A stretch of DNA of 61,958 nt, counting the filler, from Podarcis melisellensis (Eukaryota), in the NCBI GenBank assembly GCA_964234715.1. It is 5 parts of 5 records of this genome, joined end to end, with 100 filler letters (N's around TTAATTAATTAA, not from the genome) between each part and the next. Parts side by side here need not be neighbours in the genome. Positions count along the whole stretch, not along the records: positions 1 to 19,997 come from OZ174284.1; 4 more parts are not named here. One strand, given 5' to 3'. The position numbers were made by a program, and so were the translations under genes. The notes beneath the pieces were generated by a model. It worked only from the letters and a program-made list of their open reading frames with translations, did no database searches and was not told the origin of the DNA. This document shows positions 1-13,586 of this stretch, piece by piece. Numbering within the stretch: position 1 is the first letter of the stretch; each line of letters opens with the position of its first letter.

Positions 1-550
1 ATAATGCCACTGAGCATAATTTTGTTATGCAATTTAAACAGCATCTTTCAGAAGTCCTTCGGTATTGCCAAGGAGAGATTAATCAGCTTTAATCAGACTT
101 AGTCTACCTATCTTCCACACCGGAGTTCCACTTCAGATCATGCTCCTCCTGTGCCTGCAGTTTAATTTAATAGTCCATTCAGGCAATTGCTAATTGTGGA
201 AATGGTGTCCTAGGCGGGCTGCAAGCTTTGATAACCAAAATCAGGATTTTCACAGGTATGATATAATGAAATTACAAAACATCAGACTATAATGATGAGG
301 CTTTTATTATTTTCTCCCATTCAAAGAGTACAACAATTTCTTCTTTCTGAATTTAAACCATCCTCATGACCTGTCAATAAGAGATACGTATCCCCTCCCA
401 CCCCAAAAAAACCTCATCAACAAATGGTAGATATGTATATAGAAGGGAGCATTGCTGTTCACAAGAGGCTGGTTAAAGCAGGATACTTTCATTTCAACAA
501 GTCACTGCAAGTTTAGGACTCCTTCAATGTATAGGTGTTTTTTTATTGCT

Positions 551-1329
551 TTGTTAGATATGGGATCCTCCTAAATTGAGGGTCCTGGTTGCACTCGAGC
601 CCCTTAAGCCACCCCCATGGGGTGAGTTGTTACTATGTGTGGCCCAAGCCTTGTCAGTTGGGCCCTGGGATCGTGCCTGGCTGTTTGGGCCAGTTGGGGC
701 AGGTGGCATGATTCCGGGGTCCTATAAATGCGGCAGCATGATGTGGGTGGGGCACTTGCTTCACGCTGCCGAACACCCACCCTCCACCCCTAATTTGGTG
801 CTGCTGCTTTGGCCTTGCTTTGGATTGGGTCACCTGCTTTGGAGCAGGGGCTGGGTAGGAATTTTTCCATTTGACAGATTGGCTTTGGCCACTTGGTTTT
901 CACCTACCCCCTTAGCAATCATCACAACTTTGTAAGGTTTGGCGGTTAGGCATTCATTTATAGAAATGTCCAGCTATCACCTGCCCCTCCAGAATTAGGG
1001 CATTCCGGTAAAGGAATCTGGGGGTCCAGGATCTCGTCCGAAGTCCAGTTGAAGGGCTAGGGCCATGGCAGGACGACAGAAACCCCAGGGTGAGCTTCAA
1101 TCGATCTTCACCAATGTTGCTCCCTTGTTTGGTGTTTACCCTTTCAGACTGCCAGCCAGAGAGGCTGGAGTCAGTTATAGTGTCTGACCAATGCCTAGGC
1201 CAATACCGCTCAATTTGTTTTGTAATCAATAAAGTTGTGGGCAAATGTTGCCCAAAAACTTAAACTAAAATTTTGTGTCTGTTTGAATTTATTTACTGTG
1301 GAAGGGCTTGGCAGCCTTAGGGCGCAAAC
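551..1329 (+). mobile_element. Solo LTR (ERV/Gypsy-type)
   Basis: Begins near TGTTAG; TATA-like CCTATAAAT at 721-729; AATAAA at 1228-1233; possible TGCT target duplication (547-550 and 1330-1333). Clearly homologous to 33322-34119 (e.g. GGTTTTCACCT...AGCAA...CACAACTT.GTAAGGTT and CAATAAAG.TGTGG). Confidence 0.7.
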
Positions 1330-3546
1330 TGCTAATGGTTTCAACATTTTACAAGTCAGCAATTGGCCATCCTTGGACAGTCTGGGGCAAATCCTTTTTA
1401 AAAATGGAAAGTGGTTCAGTATTAACAAACAGTATCACTCCTAAATAAATTTCTAGAATTACTTGAGAATAATATTAGCACTTCTAAGGGCTTTCCGTTC
1501 TCACTTCTAAGTCTGTCCAGAAGCAATGACCTCTTACATGTCCCATGTTGGAGGGCCACTGGTCTCCACAAAATCTTGCTGGAAAAGTTGATAGAACCTT
1601 TTCTCATTTTGTAGAATCCCTGGGCTCCAAACCGTTATCCAGTAATTGATCTGAGGGCTCTCAATTGCTTCCCTGCAGCTTGCCATACATTTGCCGCCCC
1701 TGAAAGCTTTTCCATGTTAAAAGTCTTACACTGGTATCTGAGTTTACAAGTTAAATTTAAGAAAAATGAAAAATGGTGTTCCGATTGCATAATGGGTGGT
1801 GAGAAGTATGAGTGTACATAATATTAAACTCTATGCAAGGCATTCAGTTGCACTTTATGTTCCACTAGCTGACATAATGAGTGCATGTCCAATCTAATTT
1901 CTCTTAGTTGTAAAATACAAAGAGCTGTTATTTGAAACTAGGGTAAGATAGCAGGAGGTATAATTTATACCAGGACTGCTAGTATTATTCAATTTAATCA
2001 TGAGCTTATTTAACTAAAGCTTTAGTTGCCGATTAAAATTTGCTCCAATTTTGTTAATTACTGAAATTTAAGGGCACAGAGCCACGAAGGCTACATCACC
2101 TCCCTCGCTCTGACAAACTTGTGAGAAAGAGATCTAAATATGGATTTTCCTTCTGTTTATTAATAAAATTGTAAAGTCATCAGGCAGACTCCAGCTTTTT
2201 AATATGTTTAGTGCAAGATCTAGGTTTTTTTCAGCTGTTTGCAAATAAATAAGTATTGCATATTATCAGATCTTTTTGCATTTCAGGGGGAAACCAATAG
2301 GAGTCTTCTTCTAGAACTGGGGTGAGAACCCAGTGCAACCAAAATGGCCACGTGATGCTGGAGGGGAGGCCAGAGACAACAAATGCTAATTGTACCTTTC
2401 TACAGTAGTCTAGTTTCTATACCTGCAGGCCCCTCCTCAGGAAAGCAAGAGGTATTATTGAGAACACATTCCTGCTAAGCCAAAGCACTCAAGAAGGGTG
2501 GCTTGTCTGGAAACCATTGTTTAAGTAAGCATGGTTACCTCAGTTTGACCATCACATGGAACTGTGGATTGTTTAAGACTGGAAGTGTTTGGCATCAAAG
2601 TGAAAGCTTTCAATCTCCTAAATGATGCATATTCTGAACTGGTTCAATTACTGTCACAGCAGGGAATGACTTTTGTGTGTGTCAGTGATCACTGAGTGGT
2701 ATCCATGCATTTGTGAATCAACCACTTACCAAACAAATCTTTCTGCCTTCTACCCTTGCATTCTCCAACAATAAGATTCCATTTTATGACCACATTACCT
2801 GCAGCATTTTCAGTTAACAAGTGGTTACATTTTGCAATCGATACACAGAAAGAAGCTGCCCAGTTTCACAACTAACTTCCATTGTAGAGAGACAAAGAAC
2901 ACCACATTCATTCCAGTCTACACTTAAATATTATTGAACTAAATCTGGTCATTGCTATTCTACATGAAATCTGAATGAAATATTTAAAAGTCCATTTTAT
3001 AGAGGTCATGTTTTACTGAGAAGGCCATTGTTCAATGCCTCGTGCAAAAACTGCATAATTTGTGGTTACTGTGGAGATTTTTGAGGTGTAAAATATGAAA
3101 TTCATTAGAAGAAGAAAAGTGAGCAAAGCTGAACTATTTTAACTTGTTTATTTTGAAGGTCAAAATTTGCACTGCATATCAAATGAAAACAAATGTGCGA
3201 AATTTTAAACAATACACACATTTTTGTACTACAACAATTTTAAAATAGCTCCTCTTCTCTACCAAACTACTATGATTGTCAGGAGGTAATTATAACGGAA
3301 ATAAAACTCATTAATGGATAAGTACCAATGGTACCAATGGTACTGTACCATTCCTTTCTAATGATCTGAATGGAAAACTCCACAAAATTGTGGTTGATTG
3401 TGGTTGAAAAGTAGCAGTGTCTGGAAGATTGTGCTCAATATAAACTACTCACATTGCAATAGTTTTCTGAAAATTTTATCTTCTGCCAACAAATCAATCA
3501 TCAGTAATTACTTTTTTGTTTCTATCTCTTATGTGCTTTTGTTTTC

Positions 3547-3550
<4 letters not shown>

Positions 3551-3593
<43 letters not shown>
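3551..3593. repeat. (CT)n microsatellite
   Basis: Direct reading of the sequence. Confidence 0.95.
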
Positions 3594-3596
<3 letters not shown>

Positions 3597-4540
3597 GAAC
3601 AAGAAATGAAAAGGTCACAGAACTGACTGAATGGCAAGAACAATAAAACAAAAGGGCAACTTCTAAATATTGACTTGATTCTTCAAAATAACAACCTGAA
3701 TTCAACTGACAGCTTAAGGGGAAAATATGCTTGGCTAAATTTACTGTTTCACTTAAAAGTGTCTCTCATATTGTGTTTGTACAATTTCCCAAAACAACTT
3801 TGGTAAAAACGAAATTGACTTTTATTCTAATCTTTAACATAAATACAGTTCCCCAAAATTTCTTTAGATTTATGTTGATTGAATGCATAGAGATTTTACC
3901 AATGGAATCTGATTTTTGGACATTACTTTCAGGCCTGCTACTTTTAAGAAAACAATGCTAAGAACAGAAAAGTACTGCTGCTCTATTGAACACCCATTTC
4001 TGCTGCTCTGCTCTGCTTTCTTGAATTTTTCTCTCTTTGATTTCCTTGGCTCTCTTTGAAATTTTTTAGTTTGATCTCTGACTGTTCTTTTGATCTTTCA
4101 TATTGATCGCCATAGCCTAGATCCTGTTTCTTCAGCTGAGAATGGAAATTTGGCTGTTATCTCAGTGAGTTCAAATTCAGGCTCATCTCTGTTTGAATAT
4201 TTCCCCATTTATCTCTTCCTTTTGTTTTTCCTCTGTGGCACAATTCAGCTCTGCTTCTGTTGGGGGAAGCCTTGTGCAATCAAAAGGACCTTACTGGTTT
4301 AGCAACTATTGGCACCTTTGGCATTGGGGGTGGATTGGGAGGACTTTGGCTCAATTGTAATTCCCAGACTGGAGTACTTGGGAATAAAAGATTATAGAAA
4401 TGTAATCACCTAAGCCTAAGGCCAGGAAGGTGCTGAAGATGAACTCTTCATGCACTGTGGCTTCTATGGAAGTGGTTTCACTTGCAGTTGGGCTCCACAC
4501 TCCTTATCACCAAGTGACTGGGGCTTACTGTTAGTAGTTG

Positions 4541-4900
4541 GATGTCAAATTCCCAAGAGACTGGGATCTACTCACAGAATAAAAAACTGGCAGTGTTGAG
4601 CTTTTTTAAGGGAGGAAAGTCAAAGTTGTTGAGCTTTTCTCAGAAGGGCAGGTCAAAAATGTTAAGCTTTCTTTAGGGGGGAAAGGAAAAAGTCGCTCAC
4701 CAAAAGATCGATCAGGAAACAAACAGCCTCACAACAAAAACTCCATCTTCCATTCTAGAGATCATGTGTGAATGGAGGATGGGGCAAGGGAGCAGGGGCA
4801 GATTGTCTTTTTCCCACGCAAAGGGAAAAGAGCCCACGATCAACCATGATCAACCCAAAGCTCCCAGGGATCAATCACGATCGACCGGTTGGACACCCCG
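4541..4900. mobile_element. Degraded hAT-type MITE related to 9800-10013
   Basis: Shares segments with the reverse complement of 9800-10013 (CCAAGAGA...GATCTACTC, AAAGTTGTTGAGCTT, GTTGGACACCC). Confidence 0.5.
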
Positions 4901-5867
4901 ATCTATAGGATCTTTGTGGGATTCACCAATGCCTTTGGGGAACTGCAGAGCAGGACATGAAAGCAACAGCCCTCCCCTTCTGTCCATCCACTGGTATCAC
5001 TGGTCTTTTCATGTTCCTTATCAAGAGCGGTTGATACCACTGAAGAACAACCTTGAAAATTCCCATCCGGGTTCTCAGCTAAGTCATGAACAATCAACAC
5101 CATCAAAGACTGTTGGAAGGTCTTAGGGGGTGAATAAGTGACCGAACTGTAGGGAGGTTTATAGGCCGCAGTTGAACTACAGTAGATCTGAAGCTATTCT
5201 ACACTCTGGTTTCCCTAACAGAAGCATTTGTTGATCCATTCAGAAAAGGAGACTCAGGCTGCATTTAGACATTGGGATTACTGCATTATGTCTTCCTGGT
5301 TATGATGATAGCACTGCTGTCCTGGATTCTAACATCCCCCTTTACATGGCATTGGCTGCTACACTGTGGAACTGTAGCCTTCTGAGTGATATGCCACCCC
5401 ATGTCACACTAAATTTTATTTACACCAGTGGGCATTGTGTGACATCATTGGAACATGCCACCACCCTTTACGCACGTGTTTCTGTTTCCCCATGATAACC
5501 AATGAAAATGGAAGGAAAGAACTGTACCCTCCAAATTTCATCACACACCATCATTCATGAAAACGGCAGGAAAGTTGCAGTGCAAAACTCTTGTAATTGT
5601 CTAGGTCAACAACGTTGCAAACAGTTGTGTGTGTTTTTTTCTGGAAGCAATTGACATGGAAATGAGTGCAAAACATCTGCTAGATTTGCAGAAGTGGCAT
5701 TTACACCATGTGAAAGATTCCATAAAATGTGGAAACTATCAGGTAAGCAAACACTGGGGAAACAGAATAAAAGGGGGTCTGAATACACCCTCAACTTCTC
5801 CCAGCTGGTATGTGACCAACAAGGCTCAACGCAAAAGCAGAGGACTGCTAGCAATAAATTGAATGGG

Positions 5868-6030
5868 TAATAATAATAATAATAATAATAATTTATTATT
5901 TATACTCCGCCCATCTGGCTGGGCTTCCCCAGCCACTCTGGGTGGCTTCCAAAAAAAATATTAAAATACTGTAATACATCAAACATTAAAAGCTTCCCTA
6001 AACAGGGCTGCCTTCAGATGTCTTCTAAAA
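5868..6030 (-). mobile_element. 3' terminal fragment of a squamate LINE (L2/CR1 group) with AAT/ATT tail
   Basis: Reverse complement matches 7147-7260 (GGAAGCCACCCAGAGTGGCTGGGGAA.CCCAGCCAGATGGGCGG.GTATA) and is followed by a microsatellite tail. Confidence 0.6.
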
Positions 6031-7146
6031 ATCTGGCAATCTTTACCAAGGAAACAGCATGTGGAAGGATGGTCAAACACCCTATAGTAAAATAACCACT
6101 CACTTTCCAATCAATAGTTCCAACTGGAATTTTATGGTGCGACATTTTTATTTCACTCTGAGGTAAGCATACACAATAATACAGTAGTGAACGGTAATGG
6201 ATCACTTCATATGCTTAAAAGTGGACCAGGGAATTCAACAGTGTGCTATGATAGTTTTATCAGAACAAGCATTTCTGCTTGCTAGATGAAACAATCTCCC
6301 TTCTTGCCCCACCACACCACCATTCTGGAGTTTCTCCCAATCCTCTAGAGTGGATCTAGGGACGGCACAAGGGGGAGAGAAGAGGGAAAGCCAATTGCAC
6401 TAGGGGGAGTCATTACTCTGGCTTATGCTAGCACACCGGGTTAGTTGAATCTGGCTGAAGGAGGCAGTAGTTCTCTCAAAATTGTAGAAAACATTTGTAC
6501 TTCATTTCTGGTTTTTACACAGCAAGCACTAACCTATCGGTTTTAGATCAAAAGTCTTCAGCAAGAATGTTTCAGCTAATTGCTATTCATTAATTTTGAT
6601 ACCGGCTGCTGATTAAAAACACGTCTTTTTAAGTGGTTGAACAATTTGAACTTAATTAAAGCAAAATAAGCCCATTAAATAGCGAGACTTTTGTAGAGAA
6701 ATAATGCAAATTGTGCAATATCAAAGAAATGCAATGTGAATTTAAGAGTCTCTCTGTTCAACCACCAAGGGAAATATCAAAATACCTTAAGTATTTACAC
6801 TCTCCCTTTAAATCATTGCTCTGATTTGAGATACAAAACCATTAGAGATTGCTGATTACTGATGCTCTCCACCCTGCTTTATTTATGGCACACTTCATGC
6901 TTATCCACTAATACTAAACACAGAAGTTACAAGCCGTGGAATCAGCGACTTGCTTCCTTTCTGCCTTTAATTCAAAGCATGAATGGAGACTGCCAAGCAA
7001 TTTTTCAATGGAAATCCAGTTGGAGTGTTGCTTTCAGTTATCTCCTTTTGTATCTTCTTTTAAAAATGCCCTAAAAGTTGATCTGCCCACATAGCTAAAT
7101 CACATGAGGCAGGTTTTTATGTCTATATGTATTTTATGTCTATATC

Positions 7147-7339
7147 TGAAGGCAGCCCTGTTTAGGGAAGTTTAATGATTGATGTTTTAATGTATTTTTA
7201 ATCTCTTGTTGGAAGCCACCCAGAGTGGCTGGGGAAACCCAGCCAGATGGGCGGGGTATAAGAGAAGAAGAAGAAGAAGAAGAAGAAGAAGAAGAAGAAG
7301 AAGAAGAAGAAGAAGAAGAAGAAGAAGAAGAAGAAGAAG
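7147..7339 (+). mobile_element. LINE 3' end with an expanded (AGA)n tail (about 7261-7339)
   Basis: Same family as 5868-6030. The AGA run produces the spurious poly-Arg and poly-Leu ORFs. Confidence 0.65.
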
Positions 7340-8678
7340 CATGAATGATTCCACTGTTAAAACAATTCCCTGCAATGGGAAAATCATATTTAATATTGAA
7401 ATAAGGGTGTAGTATATCTTCTCATTAGTGTGCTAGTTCCCAGTGCCCTGGAGGGGTTTGGGGGGGGCATTCAAACATTATACCCATCTACAGTAGAAAG
7501 TGAAACTGTCCAGGGAACATTATGCTATTAAGATGTTTGTGTTTATCACTGGTGGTCTAAAACATGATTCAATGGAAGTTGAAGCAACTGCAAAATAATA
7601 ATAGGTGTGCCTAATAGGAGAGGATGTTTAGGTAATGGGATTACATAGTGGTCTCTGTAGAACCCTGATTTATTCCCATATTATTGTTCAAGCCAGTAGC
7701 CTAGCTTCAAAACATTCTCGTTCTCACTTCTTTAAAAGTCCGTGCTAACATAGTTTCTCTGTCCAACATGGACCTACTCACCAAATCATGGCTTCATGCC
7801 AACTGCATAAATTATACCACACCAAGGGAAATGATGGGTATCTCTGCCATCATCATCCTAATCTGAGCACATGTAATGCAACTTGAACTCTCTTCTGCTT
7901 AACAATGAAATCAAGTACTAACCTTAGGAGGAAATCTTAAAAGGTCAAATGGCTGGAACATAAACATCAAAAGATTATTTCAGATAAATACTCCAAGCAG
8001 AAATAACTGCCGTGGAAAATTATTCCCACAGCTACAAGCTTCAACCTCTAGGACAGTCAGGAGGAAAAATAGCGGCATCTCTCAGACACTTGAAAATAAT
8101 GGCCTCAGGCTTACACAAATGACTAGAAAATGTAAATGGAGATCTTTAAAGGACACCAGTGCCTGTTGGGCATTTAACCTAACAAAACTGAATATTTCAG
8201 TGATAAAAACTGCCAACAAATGAGAAATATTTATAGACCAGTCACATGAAATCCTGTCTGCTTTCTGAAGGGAACCCTCTTTCACATCCATTGTGCATAA
8301 TAAGGAGTTTCCTGTAGAGAAACTGAAATGAAAATGCTGTATTCTAAACAAAAAATTATGTCAACAGTTTTATTAGTCCTAAACACAACTCATTAAGTGT
8401 TTCACATAGGTTTGATGTAAGAATATAATAGTGTAATGCTGAATTATGCTACTGACCAAATCATCTCACTCTAAGGATGTCTAGAAAGCATTATTCAGAA
8501 TGCTATCTTTAGAATTGTAGGGATTGAAGAGATGGGCATTTTCATTAGCAATCCCCCACATTAGCAATCAAAGAAATTGTTCCTCCGGGAAGCTCAAGGT
8601 TATGGTTTTTAGTAACAGACTTTGGGGGGGGGGGACGACTTATGATAATTTTTAAATTTCTTTAATGGAATTTTAATA

Positions 8679-8920
8679 CAGTGGTACCTTGCAAGACAAA
8701 ATTAATTCGTTCTGAGAGTTTTTTCGTCTTGCGAATTTTTCATCTTGCGAAGCACGGATTCCCATAGGAATGCATTGAAAATCAAACTTGCAAGACGTTT
8801 TCGTCTTGCGAAGCAAGCCCATAGGGAAATTCGTCTTGCAAAGCAACTCAAAAAATGAAAAATTCTTTCGTCTTGCGAGTTTTTCATCTTACGAGGCATT
8901 CGTCTTACGAGGTACCACTG
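8679..8920. mobile_element. Tc1/mariner (Tigger-like) MITE
   Basis: TIRs CAGTGGTACCT / AGGTACCACTG, TA on both flanks, internal TCGTCTTGCG repeats. Confidence 0.85.
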
Positions 8921-9353
8921 TACCTTTATGCTTTGTGCTGTTTTGTTGCTTTAAGGATGTGTGTATATACATCTTCCTATATACATAAAATGTAATGCTG
9001 CCATCGCATAGCCCTCTTTCAAGGATTTGTAGTGCTGCATCACTATCCTAGATTTGCATGAAGGGAAGGGAGAAAAAGAGAAAGATGGTTTTAAAATGCT
9101 AGTTTTAAGCAACATAAGTTTGTACAAAGCAGGAGTGGGGGGACAGATGACCTGTGAGAATATGAGGGATTTGAAGGAGCTATGAAGACCTGAGAGGCTT
9201 AAAGGAGCTGATGGGGCTTGGGTGAAGTATAAAGGGAGAGGGTAAGCAAAGGGGCAGGAGGCACGTTCGGTTGACAAGCAATGCATCAGGCATGACAGCC
9301 CCTAATATACATTTTCATGTGATTGCTATTTTTAGTATATTCTATGCCATGGT

Positions 9354-9708
9354 ATGGGGATGCGGGTGGCGCTGTGGTCTAAACCACAGAGCCTAGGGCT
9401 TGCTGATCAGAAGGTTGGGTGTTTGAATCCCTGTGACGGGGTGAGCTCCCGTTGCTCGGTCCAAGCTCCTGCCCACCTAGCAGTTCGAAAGCACGTCATG
9501 TGCAAGCAGATAAATAGGTACCACTCCTGCGGGAAGGTAAACGGTGTTTCCGTGCGCTGCTCTGGTTCTCCAGATGTGGCTTAGAACTGGCCACATCACC
9601 TGGAAGCTGTCTGTGAACAAATGCCAGCTCCCTCGGCCTATAGAGTGAGATGTGCGCTGCAACCCCAATGTCGTCCGCAACTGGACCTAATGGCCAGGGG
9701 TACCTTTA
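9354..9708 (+). mobile_element. Sauria (Squam1) SINE
   Basis: tRNA-like head GGGTGGCGCTGTGGTCTAAACCAC, tail ACCTTT, 13-bp TSD TCTATGCCATGGT (9341-9353 and 9709-9721). Confidence 0.9.
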
Positions 9709-9799
9709 TCTATGCCATGGTGTGGGCCTGTTGCAGGGTATAAATATTAAAATAAAGGAATAACAAATAAAGTAGTGGTCCTATGAAAACATTCTCTAG

Positions 9800-10013
9800 C
9801 AGGGATGTCCAACTGGTCAATCTCGTGATCCTGATTGATCGGGGGGGGGTGTGCTCAACAACTTTTCTGAAGCCTCCCCCGAAGTAGATCAACAACTGTG
9901 ACTGTTCCTCCCCAAAAGAAGCTCAACAACTTTGGTCTATCCAATGGGTACATCACTGCCAGTGTTTTGATAGTGGGAGTAGATCACAATCTCTTGGAAG
10001 TTGGACATCCCTG
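9800..10013. mobile_element. hAT-type MITE
   Basis: Perfect 15-bp TIR CAGGGATGTCCAACT; 8-bp TSD TTCTCTAG (9792-9799 and 10014-10021). Confidence 0.9.
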
Positions 10014-13000
10014 TTCTCTAGCATTCTTAGGGGTGAATAAACAGGCATGAATTCTTACACTTTAGAAAATCAAACACTGCCAGCAGGAAGGCAGCATCAA
10101 CAACACCATATGAGATTGTTTAGAGCTATGACAATCAAGCTCTGGAATTGCCCAATGGCAGAAGTCATAGGCAACTTCTGCTGGTGTTGCGCTACATTTC
10201 AATAATTATGAATTTAGCTTACCTTTTTCTCCCCTCCTTTTTTCTGCAAAGATGTTCTCGCTTCCAGTTTCGTTTTCCAGCAGAGCTGATGCCTTCTTCC
10301 AAATGTGTGTAACAAAGGAGACTAGCCCTCAGCGAGCATGAACACGTAGCTTGCTGCAATCATTTTAAACCTTTGGGAATGTCACCATTTTCTGAAGGCT
10401 CAAGAGAACTTGATGAATTATATTCCCGGCCTGATGATATTTCTAAAGCTCAATTTTAAGGACTGTTAGCTCTTCAAAATGTGTTTTATACTGCTCCATT
10501 CAGAGCTGCAGTTCAATTCCAGGGTGTTCAAAAGCATTAGTCTCCTTCATTTAACGTTTTCCCATCTCTTAGCTTTATGAGACTTGGAGGTTTGATGCAA
10601 TTTACACTCCAAGAGGGCAAGAATGAAGGTGCTGATACACCATTTCCTAGAGGAACCAGGAAACCTAGGTAGAGAAATAGGGAAACGTCTCTTGGATACA
10701 CAATGCTTCCAAAGCAGTATGGCCTCCTTTCTTGTAGTGTGTATAAAAATATACTGTATAGAACGTGAGGCACAGAAACAGGCACATCACTAGTGAAGGA
10801 ATAGGTAATGCGGTGACTTGAGAATCAATCACAGAGGTAATTGGTGGTAGAGTTGACAGAAATACGAACTGTTATTTGTCCCATGACAAATACTCTAAAA
10901 CATTAAGTCCTAAATATTAGTTTTAAGTTTTCATATGGAATTCAATTATTTCCAAAACAACAAGGCTTCTCAAGGGTTTCTGCACATAGCTATCAACTTT
11001 TCCCTTTTATTGCAAGGAATCCTATTCGGAATAAGGATATTTCCCTTAAAAAAGGGAAATGTTGGCAGCTATGTTTCTGTGGCTTGTCTCGGCCAGTATG
11101 GTCAAAGGGGACACAAGTTTTTATTTCCCTCCTCAAACTGCCCCCATGTGTTTCTAATATTTCCTAATTTTCATTTAGAAATCCTTGATGTTCTTCCCTT
11201 GGGGTCTATTAGTATTAATGAAATCACTTGCACTACTGCTTTGTAATCAAGCATATTAAGCAACCCATTTTTCCTTCCCTAGTTTCTGTATTCTTTTCCT
11301 ATTTTCATTAATGGAATCATTATTGAAAATAGGTGCTGCATGATTTATTTAGATAATAACATGCTTTCTCAATCTAATCCATTCGAGACTTGTAAATTCA
11401 CATCTCTGCATTACAAAACAAAGCCAATTATTTTCAGATCTAATTGTTTTACCCAGCTTTCGCTTTAAAAACCTCAGGAATATTATTTTATTTTTAAAAA
11501 ACTTTAAAATAATATTTTTTAAAAAATAATTTTAATTCCACCCAGCTATTTTTGAACCTAAATTGATAGCTATACAGTTAGAGTCCATTTTCACACTTGG
11601 AAAGGCACCTGCGGTTCAGCTGGACATTATTCTACAGTGTTTCTTGGTTATACCAGCTCTCCTACTTTTAGCCTAAGGCTTTTTAATTATATAGAAAACA
11701 AAAGTATTTTCTCCTCATTCTTCTTCCCTCCAAAGCCACCATTGTGTGTCAGACCATTGGGCTTGTAGGACGTCTTTTGAAAGTCATCATAAGATCTCAT
11801 AATTTGGGGAAAATTATATCAGGATTAATAATGTACATGACTTTTTCATGTTAAGAACCCTTAAGCAAGGCTTACGCAGAGTCAAATTTCTCATAGGTTC
11901 AGCAGAGTTTCACCAGAAGTAGAATACCAACACTAGAGTAAAGGGATGAAACAGGTTTACGCAGCCAAGGTCTCAGTAGGTACGAGGAAGGAAATGATAG
12001 GAGCAATCAAGGACGTACGGCTGAGGTTTGGAAGTGGCAGAACCATGTCTGAGACTGGCCAGCAAGACTTTGCTGAGGACTCTGAAGCAGGAATGAGGCT
12101 GACCGAAATAGAATGTGTAGTGAGGAAATCGTGATCTATAGAAAGGTTCTGCATCTTCCTTGCTCACTACGACTGCAGATGAGGTCAAAATGAGCCATGC
12201 TACTACAACCTGGCATTAAAAGTGTACACAGCATTTATGTGGAGTTCCTCTTGCTTTTCTGTAAAACTGCTGCCACACCCATCTATTCAAAGTCCAAAAG
12301 CATATTCGTGGGAAAGTGAGCCTTAGGCTTCGGCCGGCTACAAATGAAGCCAAATCACTTCCACTGCAGTGGTAGTCCATGTCCCCATGCTTCACATAGA
12401 CTGACACTTTAATCTAACATCCCAATCCTAAACATACTTATTTATGTTCTATGTGGACACCATGTTTGCCTACAGATGCATGCGTAGTGGTGAGCTATTC
12501 CTGGTCCCTCTGTCTCATCACACCTGAGTTTAAAGGAAAGTCCAAAGGGGCTTATTTTCAGGCAAACGTGTACAAAATTTAGTCTGAGGAACACAGTTTG
12601 GGGAGCAGAAGGTGAGACAGCTTCCAGGAGAATCATTTGCAAAGGCAGAAGAGCTCAAAACCTAGTAGGAAAGGATATATGATGTGAAACAGCATTCTGT
12701 TATAAAAATATAGTGTTCTCTTGTGGACATTTCAAAGTTTCAGTAAGAAGGCACTGTCCCCCCCCCCCCAAAAAGGCTGTAATATAGCTTGGAACAAACT
12801 TTTTAGCTTATGTTGTGACAGCAAGGGCATGCACAGAGATATCCTTGGTGTGAATATGAGCGGTCCTACAAGAGTAAATGCTTATCACATGTCCACCTCC
12901 TGCTTAACAGCAGATGGGAAGCTCATTCTGCTTGATATGTTGCAACTTTATTCAGCTACTTGGAAAAGGGAATGTGGGAACCCATCCAAAAAAATTTATG

Positions 13001-13356
13001 TGGGCCCAAAGAGTGTTGTGTAGAATGGGTAAGATTTGCTGTTGGATAAAGGGGGAGGTGTCTATGTATAATAGATGGTTGTAAGTAACTTCTAGACACC
13101 TGTGAATAACTTGAGTAATATCTTGGTTAATGTGTGGCAACTAATTACTAAACTGTTCAAGTAGGAAAAATGAATTATATTCCTTGCGTTTAAAGCATGA
13201 AAAATGCTGTCAAAAATGTACAGAATAGCACTAACCTCCTAACCCCTCACTTGTTTGAGACCCAGTTTCAAACAACTGAGGAAGCCTTCAAGGTCCCATT
13301 CTGAAGAGCTGGGCTGCCTTGGACTTCCACAGCTAAGAATTTGAAAATGCTACACA

Positions 13357-13586
13357 CAGTCATACCTTGGAAGTCTAACAGAATCTGTTCCGGAAGTCCG
13401 TTTGACTTCCAAAATGTTCAGAAACCCAAGTGCAGCTTCTGATTGGCTGCAGGAAGCTCCTGCAGCCAAGCAGAAGCCACAGAAACCCCATCAGACGTTC
13501 GGCTTCCAAACAGTCACTTCCAGGTTTGTGGCCTTCAGGAGCTAAAATGTTTGAGAACTAAGCTGTTCAAAAACCAAGTATGATTG
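13357..13586. mobile_element. Degraded mariner/Tigger-like MITE, same family as 18501-18742
   Basis: Shared internal GATTGGCTGCAGGA and CACTTCC motifs; degenerate TIRs. Confidence 0.65.

Noticed and set aside
60-380. TAAT-rich segment suggesting a conserved enhancer
   Set aside because: Cannot be supported without a cross-species alignment.
7187-7412. Poly-Arg and poly-Leu ORFs (protamine-like or signal-peptide-like)
   Set aside because: These are translations of an (AGA)n microsatellite tail on a LINE end.
8679-8920. Spaced short repeats resembling a CRISPR array (also 38094-38335)
   Set aside because: They are internal repeats of TA-flanked MITEs in a vertebrate genome, with irregular spacing and no cas genes.
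9354-9440. tRNA genes at SINE heads (also about 61563-61640)
   Set aside because: These are tRNA-derived promoter regions of SINEs, followed by SINE bodies and tails; I could not fold a full cloverleaf.
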